From contig NW_003526944.1 of the NCBI RefSeq assembly GCF_000181795.1, positions 5,106,471-5,170,470 of the forward strand: a stretch of DNA of 64,000 nt, read 5' to 3'. Under the pieces are notes generated by a model. The model was not told where the DNA came from. It ran no database searches and saw only the letters and a program-made list of their open reading frames with translations. Both the position numbers and the translations under genes were made by a program. Positions 38,437-52,877 of the stretch are shown one piece after another; the stretch's first letter is position 1, and each line of letters opens with the position of its first letter. The stretch comes from Trichinella spiralis. Its lineage: Eukaryota.

Positions 38437-41400
38437 TCAGCAAACGGTTTCGTCACTTTCTCGGAAAGCAGACAGAACATCCAAGATGCAAGCTAAATCA
38501 AGTACAAGACGTATCAAATTCGGGCTTTGGACAATTTCAGCGTCTTCCAATGGCGGGGAGCTTCGAGGAAGATAATCATGATTGCCCTGGCAAAAAAGAT
38601 ACGTACTGATCATTCATTGCATTTGGTGAAAAATAATAAGAGCTAACAACAACACAACCACAACAGCAACAACAATAGTGATCCAATCACGACGTATATA
38701 TATGTTTTTTGAAACTAACTCTAAAGTTGCGATGCATACGCAACGTGCATTGGCAAAACAGAAATCGTAACAGTAACGTTCTGAGAAAAGCATCCGAATA
38801 GAACGCTTTGTAAGATGAATCTGTAATAATGAATTTATTAAAATGATCATAATAATAACAGTAAAAAATAGCATACCGACTAATTTGGAACGGACAAGCA
38901 ATCGACTAGCCTCGGCGTAGAATTTATCGACATGAGCTTGACATTTATCCCACAACGCAACTGGTATGCGGACAATATTGCAAACGAAGCAATAAGCCGT
39001 CAGTGGACAATGTAAAAACATGGTAAAAATGCTCCCACGTTGTGGCTGCTCTGTACAATAGCAAAAATTTTATTACATCGAACAAATTATATATTAATGA
39101 ATGTTTATCATTATTAACCTTGCAGGAACAGTGGCATGTCGACTGGTGAACACATTACTATCAATGGTTGGCCAAACAAACTTTTCATCGACTACAAATG
39201 AATATTGAAGAAACAATTAATAATGAAATATTGAAACTTACCAAAAAAGCTGTACTGTTATTACTTTCGACAATCAATAGCAATGGTTTCCTGAGCAGAG
39301 GATACAAATCGCCAGGATACAGACTGAAAAAAATAAATATATGCATATATTTAGATTTATTATATGTGTTTGTTTCTCTTTTCGTTTGCACCATTGCAAA
39401 TTGCAAGGCGGTTCAGAATAATAATCATCGACCAAATCTCCACTGTTTCTTGACACCTCGCCACAATTTAACACTACACCACCGCTGTCATAAGATTCTG
39501 AAATTGTTATTATTGAATTTAATTTCACGTGATCACAACTGCTTCGTATACCGCTTCCAGCTTTAGCTTGCGGACTGCAACCATCACCAGAAATATAAAT
39601 CAATAACACTGAATCTGGACCAAGTTGCTCATATGAGCAGAGCATGTGTTGAAGTAGAAAATCAAATTTCGGCTTGTACAAAAGGCATTTTCTTGGATTT
39701 GCATTGCTAGATTCTCCACTGTTCTAAAAGTTGGAATAAATTTTGAAAAAAAAATCAATATCAAATAAAATAAATTAGATAACTTTACACTAACACTGAA
39801 AGATTTTCCTGGTGCTGGTGAGGAATCAACGCGATGATTAGCATAATTGCTATCGTCTTCAATTTCATATTCCAGCACTTGCAGTATCCAATACATATCC
39901 AAAGTGAACTCACCAAAAGTAACCTGAAAAAGTAAAACTATAAATTTATAAAATACACACTTTAAACTACCTGATTTCTAGTGCATCCAATAACTAAAGC
40001 TTCGGTAAGGGTGAGTCCAAATGAAAATGCATTTTTTTCAACATAAGGCAGTGAATAAGCGGCCAAACGGTGACTAATAATCACCGACGATGAATCAATG
40101 TCGACAATATTGACCACATTGTCTGCCTGGGATAATAAGTATTGTTTATTAAAAATAAAATACAACAACAAATAATAAATATTACCTCAACAAATGTTTT
40201 AATTTCTGTCAATACCAGAGACCAATCCAATTGATCATCACGATCATATCTCGATATATAACTGTCCACCAGACGATTCATATCCTATGAAAAGAACAGA
40301 AAAGAATAAGAAAAAATGGTGAAATTATAAAATAAAAAATAGAACAAATTTGCATATTTTATTAAAGAATTCAAATAAAATTACCTTGATCAAATCTCGA
40401 ACTTGTTTCATTTTTTTCAAAAGCAAACATACCACAATAAAACGTGCATGATATCGCAATTTTTTCAAAGCTAGCTCTGGTCTGAAATTGAAAATTTAAC
40501 AAATTAAAATTCAAAAAATTTTCAATTTTCACATACTTTTCATCCAATCCTGCCGTGCAAAAATATTGTCGCGAACGAATAGCCAAATAAAAAGCGTACG
40601 CTTCGAGCAAATAAGCCGTATTGCTTGTTCGCACACTGTAATCAATTTTCCTTTTCTTATTAATTGAAATTATGCAAAAAGGAATTTTATAGTATTATTT
40701 TATTTTTTGAAAATAAAAATATGAATTCTTCGATTAAAATGTTAAAATTTTGACATTTTTTCGTAAAAAAACATTTTACAGCCAAAAAATGATGCATCAG
40801 CATCAATCAATTGAAATGAAACTTGTACAACATTCAAATCAGAGAAATCTCTTCTCATTGAAGCAATCAAATTCGAAACAAATTATTATTATTATTCTTT
40901 TAAATTAGAAATAAAAAAACTTACTAATAATGATAATATAGTTGACCAATTTTCGAAGCAATTTCTCCAATTTGCCATCTTTTCAAACCATAGCATGCAT
41001 TCAGAACAGTACTAAAATCAATTTGGAAAAACAATATTCGACAACAATTTTTAAATAATATAATAAACAAAAAGTATGCATATTTTGCGCAAAGTGATAA
41101 TGATAAATATTGCCATTTCATCAGTATTGACAACGAAGAAATGTCAGGTTTACTCATGAAATCAATTTGACATGCGCTTACTTCTTTTAGAAACATTTCA
41201 CTTTTTTCTTTTTTAATTTTAAATTCCATTTTAAGCATGTCAACATTATTTAAACTTGAAAAATGTGATTCAGTGAAAAGTGAACAAAATGAATTAATAT
41301 TCATAGTAACAGAACTGTAAATATTGAAGCAGTAAAAACAACCCGAATATGGTATTATTAAATAAGAAACACAAAACAAAACAAAATAAAATATATAAAA

Positions 41401-43817
41401 ATTATACAAATTGAATTTGATCACTTTACAATGAGGAATTTAATTTTTCAAATTCGAATAAAGGAGAAATAAAATAATAAAGGGAAAATGTCGAATCTAA
41501 TATTGTAGCATATTCTTATATCAGTTTAATGCCAAGTAATTTAAATTTCATTATTAGTTATTTATTTTCATGGGAAGTAAAAAAACAGAAATAATTTTGT
41601 TAATCTTCCGTTTATTTATTTAATTATAGTGATATTATTTCAATAATGTTTGGCATAAAGTGAACGTGACAGAAATAATACAATTTCCTAAAAGTAGGGA
41701 TATGAAAAATCAATTCCCATCGCCCTCATATAGTTAGTTCTATATTGAAAATATCTTTATCTGTCGTTTTTATCACAATGAATTGGAATTGATCTTCCAC
41801 TTTTGCATAGTGCACGCAGTCAACCATTGCCAAGCAATCAAACAATTTTAAATGTGCAATTGTGAAATGGACGAAATTATTGAGCAATCACAGTTTGTTG
41901 ACCAGACGGTAATCTTTTATAAAAGGTAATTAATAAAACTTTTATGATTATCATCAGAGAAATAATTGTTCATTCAGAATCATAATCAAAAGGTGCAGCC
42001 GCACGCAAAACTACTCTTTCGTGCAAATCAAGCGTACAGTAAAACAGCCAGACCAATATTCAAATATGCATGTTTATCTTGAAATTTCAAATTCAGAAAA
42101 GTTAAAATGAAAGTAAACAAACAAAAAATTACTCATTAAAAATAAATTTTACTCTTACCGATTTTGCTGTTGAAACTTCCATAATCTAGTGAACACGTCA
42201 AAGGTTCGAAAAAAATGTTGCATCCAGTGTTTACCATTGAACAACTGCAAGTCCCTAAAAAGATAATCAATATATATATATATATTTATATACGCATGTA
42301 TACATGTTATTATAATCAAAGAAAGAATTCAAGTCAAGATGCTTTTCCTTGTCAATCAGCAGTGCTAAAAGACAAAAATTATTTTCTGCTGATCGAATTT
42401 AAAACTGCAATCAGTATCATTTCTAAAAATCAAAATGGCAATAGAATAATCTTTTTACGTTTCTCTTTGACTAATGATGATCCGTTTTGAAGAAAAGTGT
42501 CTGCTCAGGATTGTTTTCACTTCACAAATTGCTATGCAACAGTTTAAATAATAACAATAAAAACAATAATTCCTTCACCAATATGCCACATAAAAAGCAA
42601 CGCACACGTAATATTAGTAGTAGTCACTATTTAAGAAAATCAAATTATCTTCAAAAATCTGCAAATGAACAAATTTCATCTTTTCCATGCAAAAAGCTTT
42701 GCCCTGATGACAAAATTCGCTAATAACAACAACAACAACAAACTATATTAACAACTTGTAGCATAATCAGTGATGTCAGTCAGTTTCATTTTTGTTTTCT
42801 GCTTTTCAATAACATAGATAAATTTTTTAAAAAATTCATATTTTTTAAAATTTCATCTTCAACAGTATTCAATAAATGAATTATTATTATTATTTATCTT
42901 GATATTGAAAAATGAGAAGTGCAATTATCGAGTGTGAGAGTGAACATATTGGAACAGGCTCAAGTTGTTTGTTATTTATCCTCTAGGTAATTCATTTCCA
43001 ACCCTAGTTTACTGGTTGAAAGAAATATTGAATTATTGAAATAACAACAACAATAGTAATAATAGTAATAATAATAATAATAAGACTGGGAAAGCCAATC
43101 GACCGGTGATGAGAAAAGTGAATTCTGATTTTCAAGTTGGTCCCAATGCGATCTTGCAGTGGGTTAACAGGACGCCACCGGCTTCGCATTTACAATAGAT
43201 CAAAACGTGGCTATAATCAAAGTCGACAAAGCCGCGGCACTTCTTAACTGAAAATTTGTTTTCAATTTCACAAACCGATCGATCATCATTCATTAAGAAA
43301 TTGGAAATGATCACCCGAATAACCCCCAAAACCGTAAACATTGAAACTATTGTCAACGTAAAACTTTGTTATACATTTCTAAAAAGTGTTCATAAATTTT
43401 CTACTTATTATTTAATCAATATTATACTTATGAAATTATAAGTTGAAATTTAATTTTGAAACGAAAAAAATTAATGCAAATCAAACAAACATTTCATAAC
43501 CAGTGTTTCAAATTTAAAATGAAATTAACTGAATAACAACTATGAAGTTAAAAAAGGATGAAAAACAAATTAAAAGAATATTTTTTATATATAATATAAT
43601 TTTGTTAAAGCAAAAAGATGAAATAAAAACAGAAAAATACTAGTGCAATTAAATTATGGACAAATAATTAACGAAACACTGGCATGGTGGGGTACAAAAA
43701 TTCTACTCGCCTGAGACCATTGAACAGTTGGCGAGATTTTTCCAAAAGGTAACAAAATTCATTCACCACCTCCTTTTCGTGTTCAGTCACGTACAAGCTG
43801 TCCTGGTCAACGGCCAT
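38437..43817 (-). CDS. SCAI: Protein SCAI (suppressor of cancer cell invasion) homolog (~13 exons)
   Basis: Spliced sequence: EFCYLLEKSRQLFNGLR|DL...FFRTFDVFTRLWKFQQQNR|TVLNACYGLKRWQIGEIASKIGQLYYHYY|VRTSNTAYLLEAYAFYLAIR, plus NPRKCLLYKP and LYPGDLYPLLRKPLLLIVESNNS. The first intron has a GC donor. Confidence 0.95.
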
Positions 43818-45139
43818 TGCCAACGGACAGCGAATTCACTCACTCTGGACATTCCCTCAGCAACGAGGCACCGATCAGACGACGCATGCCGCTCGCGACA
43901 GCGCCTGACGATCAATAAAATTACCTTCTGGATTACGGTATGGGAAAATTAAGTTTACAACTTGTTGGCGGTTGCTGTGATTGAATCTGAAATGGAAATT
44001 TTTTCGACTGTTGATCAGATTTGTGAATGAAGTTGAAAAAGGAAACTTCACATCCCCACTTTCGAAAATGTAGAAAATACTGTAAAAATTGCATTACAAC
44101 AACCACAATTGACGATGTTGTTGAAATTTTCCATTTCGAATGCATGTGGTGGAATTAATGAATTCTAAAAATAAAAAATTTCAACACCAACAACTGGTGA
44201 ATGTTGAATTTGACAAATTGAAACCAAGTGAAAATTGATCGCTTCATTTTTTCTCATCGTTGCATTTTTGTTGAACAGCTTGGAAATGTTACGTGTTTTT
44301 TTTTGCTTTCAACTTCCGCATTCAATTGGACCGTCGGTTTTTTTTTCTTGTTCAACGCAAACAATTTTGCTTTCGCACAACACAAAACATCAGTATGACG
44401 TATGAAAGTGTGAAATGTTGACAATGAAATGCAAATTTTATCCTGATTATCGATCGTCACGTGCAAAAGTGAAAAATGAACAAACTTGTGGTTACAATGA
44501 ATTCAAATTGTACAACTTGTGATATTTCTGTTCAATATGACAAAACAGAAACAATTGGGGTTAATTGCTTTTTGATTTTTGCAACAGAATCTTTTCGCAC
44601 TTGACATGCTGTAAATTTTAAGTGATAATAAAGTTCAAATATAGTAGGCGCCCAAGAGGCAACGCAAGGAAATATATAATTGGTATAGTAGGCAGGGGAA
44701 ATGGTGATAAATTGAACGTTGACAAATACGTCAGTCGTTTATCGCGGCACGTCGAATTGCAATCGAACGCATCCATCAGTGTTTTGTTCTTATTTGCCGT
44801 ATATTTTATTTATTCAAGGGCGAATTTTCCAATTTGTTCACCAATTGATCTTCAGAACACAAGACACAAGCAGCGATCGCTAGTCATTTTTTCCTTTTTC
44901 AGTCAATTTTTCCGTCTTTATTCATTTCAATGCTCGAGCGTAAATTTTCAATTGTTGACCTACTTAATTCGTTTGTATTTCAAAATTTTACCCGAAACAG
45001 CATGCTGATACGTCAAGGTGTGCGGTTCAATTATTGCAGTTTATTTGATGATTATTTCGTTTTGAAAATTAATTTTTTAAATTTTTTCATTGAAGAAGGT
45101 TCGAAAAGTCGATCCACGAAAAGCTTGTCCATTTTCGGC

Positions 45140-45730
45140 ATGGACAGCGGCTCGAAATTGTGTCGCTTCAACAACGGCAAGCCGGAAGCGAGAAGAATCC
45201 CGGCAGTGTTACGGTTTTACATTTACGCATTGCATGGTCTGGCGATGGAAATCGTTTTTACAGCTCTGTTTGAAATTGTCATCAACGGCGGCAACAGAAA
45301 ATTGCACGGTCTGACCAGCATTTGGGCGGCTTTCATTTACGGCTTTACCATGCTCACCGGAGAGGTGGTTTATTTAAGCTTGCAGGATCGCTGTTCGCTG
45401 CTCGTGCGAGGAGTTTTCTACCTAATCTGGGCTTACATCTGGGAATTCAGGCAAGCAGCAAGTTTATTCATTATTATTAATTATTTTATTACATTTTTTC
45501 AATCCAAAATTCAAATTTTCAGCACAGGCTTGTTGTTGCGTCAATTCGACGCTTGCCCCTGGGATTACGGTCACTATCCTGGTCAATTTATGGGTTTGGT
45601 CACCGTCGTCTACGCACCGTTCTGGTACGTGGCCGGTCTCCTGACGGAAATTCTGCTAATAAGACGCGCATTGAACGTCCCTTCGTCGTTGTCGACTGCC
45701 TTTGCCGCATGCAATTTAAAAAACGATTAA
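45140..45730 (+). CDS. TMEM229B: Transmembrane protein 229B-like (2 coding exons)
   Basis: LRFYIYALHG...EIVFTA...LHGLTSIWA...YLIWAYIWEFSTGLLLRQFDACPWDY...FMGLVT after removing the GC-AG intron at 45451-45522. Confidence 0.9.
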   Translation: MDSGSKLCRFNNGKPEARRIPAVLRFYIYALHGLAMEIVFTALFEIVINGGNRKLHGLTSIWAAFIYGFTMLTGEVVYLSLQDRCSLLVRGVFYLIWAYIWEFRQAASLFIIINYFITFFQSKIQIFSTGLLLRQFDACPWDYGHYPGQFMGLVTVVYAPFWYVAGLLTEILLIRRALNVPSSLSTAFAACNLKND

Positions 45731-45874
45731 AAATTATCCCCCATCAAACTTCACTTGGAATTGCTTCTTCTCCTCCGACAGAGAGGGCAAGAAAACAAAC
45801 AAACAAATTTTCATAATATTTCCTTTTATTCTTTTCCCCGTGATCAATGAACAATTCATCATTCATTCATTCAT

Positions 45875-48602
45875 TCACAGATTTTTCTCACTGCCGATAC
45901 GCACAAAGCCTGGTGAACTGCAATAAGTGAACGAATTTCTCAACGACGCTGCCGACAAATGTTCAGCTTCGTCCAGAAAGTCGTCCATCACTGTATCACC
46001 ACTGTTACAGTCTTCCTCTTCCGTTGTAAGCCACTGCTCTGCCAATGTTTGATCGTATTCTTTGTACACATCTTCAATGAATGTGAATGAACTGAAATAT
46101 ACATGTTATAATTATTTAATCTTTTTTTTTTCTAATTGCTCCAACCAATCGATATTGTTGTGCAATAAAAAGAAGAAGATGAAAAAATTACCGTCTCAAT
46201 GGCTGCGGATCGAACGGGAAAAAGTTGCCCAAATTCCACTCTGCAACTAAACGAAGCTGTTTAAGCCTGTCATTTCGTTCCAGTGTCACATAGCAAAATG
46301 CCAACTGATAGTTACTGCAAACAATAAAAAAGAACGTGGGAATTTTTAAACAGTCATACAAACATTGCTGTGATAAAAGTTGTTCAACTTACCGAGATAC
46401 GTTGGCAAAGTTTCTTACCAAATGGTTCGAGCAGTACTGAAGTGGGTTCAACTCGCACGTTACAATTCGATGCAAATTCAATCGTACTAGATTGTCATAT
46501 CCTGTTTAAAAAAATATTGTTTTTTAATTTCAAATTTTATCGAAATAATTTTCAAATCGAAAAAATCGCTAAATTCTTTTGCTTTCAAATCAGACTAAAA
46601 ATTCTCACTATTTTACACTTCAACGTCATACTGTAGTGACATGAAAAAATTTCATTGGTATTACCATTGGTTAAGTTAATCAGCTCCCTGCATCTGAAGC
46701 TGAAGATGTAAAACACCGCTTGGCAAATGCAATAAAACGAACAGTGCAACTGAGGATGTGAACGATTAACATCATCCTGTTCGCATATGTATTGTTGTAT
46801 CCACTGCGTCCAACTTAGCAAATACTTCATAATCTCTCTGAAAGAAACGTCAAAAATTATTTAAATATTAATATGCATGTGTATTTGTAGATATAGAAAA
46901 AAAAACAATTATTTTTTACTCTATTGGTATGAAATTTGCACGAGCTATGAAACTCGCCAAATATGATGCAGCGTTCAGACGCAACGGCGAGGAAACACTG
47001 GCAGAAACTGTACATTCCCAAAGCAGTTTCACAAATTGCCGATAGTATTTCTGCGAAAAATAACCAAAATTAATGTTAACATAATTAACATTAAACAAAT
47101 CTACTTTTCGCAAACTGCACATGTAAAACCATATAAACTGCACAACGCTACTGCTGCGCAAAGGTAAGACAGACCGGATGAAAACTGAAATCAACGATTC
47201 AAACAATTCGTCTGTCCGATTTTCATTTAAATTTCCTGAATTAGTGAAAAAACAATAATTAGTGAAATTTCAAATGAAAAAAAATATATATAAACATTCA
47301 TTACCATCAGGAAAAAAGCATTCATTTTGTAAAAAACTCAACAGATCCGATAAACAAATATCCAATTTATTCAACAACTGATGTGCTCCACTCTGTTTAT
47401 TTGATGCAGTTTCAGATTTATCTAATTTCTTAAAAAATAAAAGAAAAATAAGAATTTACAAATATAAAAGCATAATACTGTACTAACCATCTCAAAAATG
47501 CCTTCTGCACTGGAAACGGATCTATTTGACATGTCATGCATTACCTGAAAAAAATTTAAGCGAAATTTGACAAACAAAACGTTATGACAATAACACTTAT
47601 TAATTACATCATTCTTTGTCATCTCTTCAATAATCAAACCCAAAATGTTCCTTTCCAAATGTGGTAAATACTGGGTGGAATGAAGCAAATTTCGCGCGTA
47701 ATCACGCAAAATTACAGTATGCTGTCCGTGGTATGGATATGCATTTACAAAAGAGGTGAATATACGATTTACACACCTAAAAAATGTATGCTTTTCATTT
47801 TCATCATAATTAAAATTTCAAAAGAACAAAAAAAAACAATCATACACTGGATATATTTCAAATAATTTTTTCAATGCTCGATGAGCTTCTGTATAGATTA
47901 TTCTTCGTTTTATCGCGTTTTCATTGTCATCGTCTTCAACAGTACAAGTTGGTGAAATCGTACCTAAGGAAAATTAAATTTTAAACTTACATGACCAGTA
48001 TTAAATCTCCGGGTTGTGCAAGTGATTAATTAATTAAAAATGCCTTGATAACTTACCTGGTTTCAACTTCTTCACAAAGCACATCAAAACGTTGTCAACA
48101 CAAGAAACATCTGCCAGCGTCAGTTGAATCAATATATCTACATGAGTTCTTATCAACTTTCTCGAAAGCTTCATCCAATCCAAATTCTAAAATTACAACG
48201 GAAAAATAACAAGCATAGTAATTAAATAATTTTCTGCAAACAAATGCACAAAATTAAAAACAATAAAAACCATACAAAGATTATTGACACCAGCTTCTGC
48301 AAAGATCTATTGACAAGCATGGATACGCACAATTTCAATCCCATCAACACACGAGATAGTTCTTTTTCCTGTTCAATAAACTTCATAAGTGACAAAAAAA
48401 ATTCATACATAAATTTTAAAAAAGAAAGTAAAACTCACTTCAGGTTGAGCTTCGTTTAAAATTGACAAAATTGAACAATAATTCATCGAATTACCCTGAA
48501 TGAAATAAAACAATAGAGTGAAATTTACATAATAAAACATTTATTAAAAATTACCTCCAAGAATTCTTGGAGAGCACTTTTGACGTCCAGCACAGAGGTC
48601 AT
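45875..48602 (-). CDS. RRN3: RNA polymerase I transcription initiation factor RRN3/TIF-IA (~13 exons)
   Basis: Motifs YARNLL, KLDICLSDLLSFL, VQFIWFYMCS, LRLNAASYLASFIARANFI, HCSFYCICQAVFYIFSFR, RIVTCELNPLQYC, FFPFDP. Confidence 0.92.
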
Positions 48603-48777
48603 TTGAGGAACAACTGCATTCTGTAAATTAGCATATAAATATTTTTTATCAATTAAATTCGACAACAACAAAACAAAAAAAATAGGAATGTATCGCTCGA
48701 AAAGAACTTCGTCAGCATCATGAATAAATGAAAACAATATTCATAAAATTTTATTCATAAAACTGTCACAAAATAAA

Positions 48778-49724
48778 TTAAGAAACTGTGTTAGCTGAAG
48801 CAAATACTTTTTCCAATTGATTAGATTCCATCATTTGCTAAAATAAGAAGAAACAAAAATTATGAATAATATTATTTAGAAATAAACACCGTCAACATAC
48901 CTTCACTACATCCAAACCACCAATTAAATTACCGTTAACATAAAGTTGAGGATAAGTGTGCCAGTTGCTGTAAATTTTGAGACCTTCACGAACATCGTTG
49001 TCGTCCAATATATTGTAAGTTGCGTAATCGACGCTGATAAAAAGAACATTTAAATGAAATATAAAATTATAAAAATGAAACTTACTTGGACTGATTCAAA
49101 ACCTCCAGCATCTCTTTGCTGAAACCACATCGGGGTTGAGTTTTAGTGCCTTTCATAAACAACATCACGGGAAAAGCGTTTATCAAATCATAAATTCTTT
49201 TGTTCAAGCCACCGTCATATGGCTCAAATGTTGAGCAAAATTTTGAATGAGACATTCTACCGATACCGGTCAAATCACCATCAAACAGCTTTCCATTAAT
49301 ATAAATTAAAGGCAGCTTGTCTGTACCACTGTACAAAGCCAAATCTAAATAACAATAACAACAACAACAATATTATTATTATTATTATTAGCTATTAATT
49401 TTTCAAACTAAACAGAAAAATATGCTCTTTTTACTTTTTGCAAAGTTTTCTTCCATATTAACATCACATACGCTATAATTAACGCAAAATTTGTCCAATA
49501 AGTGCAACATTTCTCCAGTACATCCTGCAATAAATGAATGAAATTATTCATCAAATGTTCCAAACAACACATACGATCTTTCGGCTGTTCTTTCGACCCC
49601 TTCATAAATACAACACATCTGTGTCCCATGATCCATTTTTCAATTTTTTTCTTAAAATTTGAAAACATTTCACTATTACAGCTTACATGCAGTGCAAAAG
49701 TAATACCGATGATTCACCATCCAT
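48778..49724 (-). CDS. Monothiol glutaredoxin with two Grx domains (GLRX3-like); start codon uncertain
   Basis: Domain 1 [19 protein letters not shown]...LPLIYINGK. Domain 2 [21 protein letters not shown]...[31 protein letters not shown]. Confidence 0.85.
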
Positions 49725-52078
49725 AATAACAACACTTCTTATTAAACAATGAGACTGATCCTACAGAAATTCCTAAAAAACAAAAGAAAAAAAACATGTC
49801 ATTATTTCACTTGTGGATTATTAATCTGTGTTTTCATAAGAGCATCATGCATTAAAAACCTATTTGCCTATTTGCCCTTCTCATTGGTTGTGACCTGCGT
49901 GGGATGACAAAGTGCAACAGCCATTCAAATCATCAAGCTACTTTATTTGGTAAGCTGCCAACTGATAGCGAGGTCAACTATCTGGAAAGCAATCTACACT
50001 GCTTTATCATTAGGGAAAAAGCCACGAACAATTCAAATTCAGTAAAATATATAAAAAAAATTTCCAATAAGCAGAATTTGGGATCAGGGAAATAATAACA
50101 ATTAAAAATTGGTAGAAAAAAGTACAACATGTTTGTTGTTGTTCATTTGACTCTAGTCTTTGCCTTATTTTCTCACTATATGCAAACTTATCTGTGTGCT
50201 GTACTAGAAACCTTTAATAAACAATCCCCATTACAATGACGACTGATATAAACAATTATTAGATATAATGATTAATGAACATTTCTCAATTAATAAATAA
50301 CATTTAAAATTATCATTTCTTTAATATGTCAAAAATTCTCAAAATTAAAAGCAAAAATACATTGCCTGAAGAAAAACATTCAAACATGATTATCATATTT
50401 ATAACATAAAGTAAAGCATAATACAAATGCTATTCTTTCATGAAATATCTTTACCTGCTACATGCACAAATGTGTAACATATAAATTAAAAACTCATAAA
50501 TGTAAATATTCATACAACTTTTTATGTTATTAAAACAGAAAAAGTTATGCTTGTCCAGACTAAATTATGAAAATATTACATTGATAGTTCAATATTTTTT
50601 GTTTCAGATTCACTTGCAATTAATAAATTAAATTAAAAAATACCTTTAAAACGTGAAATAAATCAAAACCGATGTAAAATAAATCTGAACGCATTCATGC
50701 ATTCTTGTATAACGGAAAAGAATAAAGTATTTTCATTTTAAAAACTTACACTTCTCATTGAAAGAAGGAAGTTTGATGTTTAAAAAATTGTAATAAACAG
50801 GCATGTGCGCAGTACACTAATGTAAAAAACAAATTCATTGAAACTTAAAGCTGTTCCTATATTATAACTGACAAAGATTATATCAAAGAAAAGCCTCACA
50901 AAGATAAAATCTTCGTAATACGAAGGTCAAAATGTCAATGATGGAAACAATGTGCTTACCTAGACTTAAAATAAATAATAAAAATAAAATTATACGAAAG
51001 AATAATTAAATAAAAAATAAATCTTAAAACAATAAAGGCTATTTTTATACATAAAAAATAAAAATAACTCATTGATTAAGTGAAATAAAACTAAAATAAA
51101 AATAACTTTATTGATAAAATAATTAAACAAGTTAACAAGCTTACACGCGTAATACACTAGCTCCAAGTTTAGTAAATGATAAAAGTTGGTGATGTTTGAA
51201 TAAATGAAGATAATCTAAAATACGATCATTTGTATAATATTATTACCCTTCCAAGTAATATAACGAGCTCAATGAATAAACAAGTTTCAACCCACAGGTA
51301 AACGAGGCAAATGAACAAGTTTACTTAGTACAGTATAACATAAAAAAGGTGCCATTTCAAAGAAACAGTATCAGCATTTATCAAAGTTAAATTAAACTTG
51401 CTCGATCTGTTGATTTATTATTAAGATAATAACAATCGCAACAATCAGAATGTATTCTGAACAAAAAAAATAACCAAAATGCTTTACAGTATCCTCTAAA
51501 ATAGTGTAATTGAAAATTAGTATTTATTTATGTATATTACGAAAGCAAAACTTTCCATTTTATTTTATAAAAGTAAATCTTAATCTTTTGCCAACTTAAT
51601 ACAGTTTTTCAACAATATTTTTATGATCAGATAACTTTAACTAAAAGGAAGTAACAAACACAAATTACAAAAGTGAAAACTTTTTCTTATTAAACGCTGC
51701 ATGAGCAATTTAAAAAATCTTACTGATCTTGCTGATCTCGTTCAAGCTGGCAATTAATAGCTATTTTAAAACTAGTATATTTTCCATAAAATATTTTACC
51801 GTAATCCAGGTGTAATGCTTTTCTGAAATTGTTGACCTAATAAAAATAAATTTTACTTCATAATTGACTTTAAAATGTAATATTCGAATTTTATTTGATA
51901 AACAGCTTTACATTTTTGTATTTTTGTTATAATTCGTTCAAATATAATTTGTACGCATTTTAAAATTGAATGTTTGATCTTGAAAATCGTTTCATACTTT
52001 TTGTTATGAGTTCAAATGCTTAATGCTTAGTTTCGTGTTTGTCAGCACTTTTGAACTGATTTTTAGTGAAACTATAAA

Positions 52079-52877
52079 ATGGCTGAACGAATGGAAGATT
52101 TAAATATACCATTATCGGCTATTAACCGAATTCTGAATTTATCGGTGCGGCTTGTTTTATATTTTGCTTATAATTTTTAAAATTTAAATTTTTTTTATTT
52201 TAAACATTAATTAAAAAATTTTTTTTAATATATTATGAAATGCAATTTATTATTATTAATAAACAGTAAACTTGAATGTTGTTTTTGTAATAAGTAATAC
52301 TTAAATGAATATGGAAATTTTGATTTATAATTTTTAGTCTGTTGCTGGGAACCCATTTAATAAAGAATCTCGCACAGCAATATCACGTGCAACGTCAATT
52401 TTTATGCTGTATCTTACTTCTATGTGAGTTATTTCAACGTGGGTTAAAAATGCGGTAGTTATTTAACGTTATTTTTTATTCTAGCGCCCATGGACATGCT
52501 GTTCAACAGAAGCGAAAAACAATTAACGTAGCGGACGTTCTTCAGGCTGCTAAAGACGCTGAATTGGATGCTCAAGGTCTTCAGAATATTGCAGAAAGTA
52601 ATTTTTAAATGGTTAATTGGATTTGATTGCGGTTTTATGGCGCTAGTTTTCAGAGCTTTTAGTCCATTGAAGTTTAAACGATAGTTCATTAGTTGACAAT
52701 TTTAGTTGAATTATAAGACGATTCACTTGCGTTAATTAAATTTTTGCAGTGATTAATAAAAAATATTTAGTGATGAACAACAGAAAACATCGGACCGATG
52801 GTCCCCCGATTAACGGTGGTTCATCGATGGCGGAATCTATGGGTTCATCTGAATTGACGAAGAATGTAGAAGAATGA
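52079..52877 (+). CDS. POLE3: DNA polymerase epsilon subunit 3 / CHRAC17 (histone fold), 4 exons; missed by the ORF track
   Basis: MAERMEDLNIPLSAINRIL...KESRTAISRATSIFMLYLTSIAHGHAVQQKRKTINVADVLQA matches POLE3 (MAERPEDLNLP...KEARSAISRAASVFVLY...KRKTLNASDVL). Confidence 0.9.

Noticed and set aside
40924..41424. 166-aa ORF as a separate gene
   Set aside because: Only its 3' end is a SCAI exon; the rest is AT-rich intron read-through.
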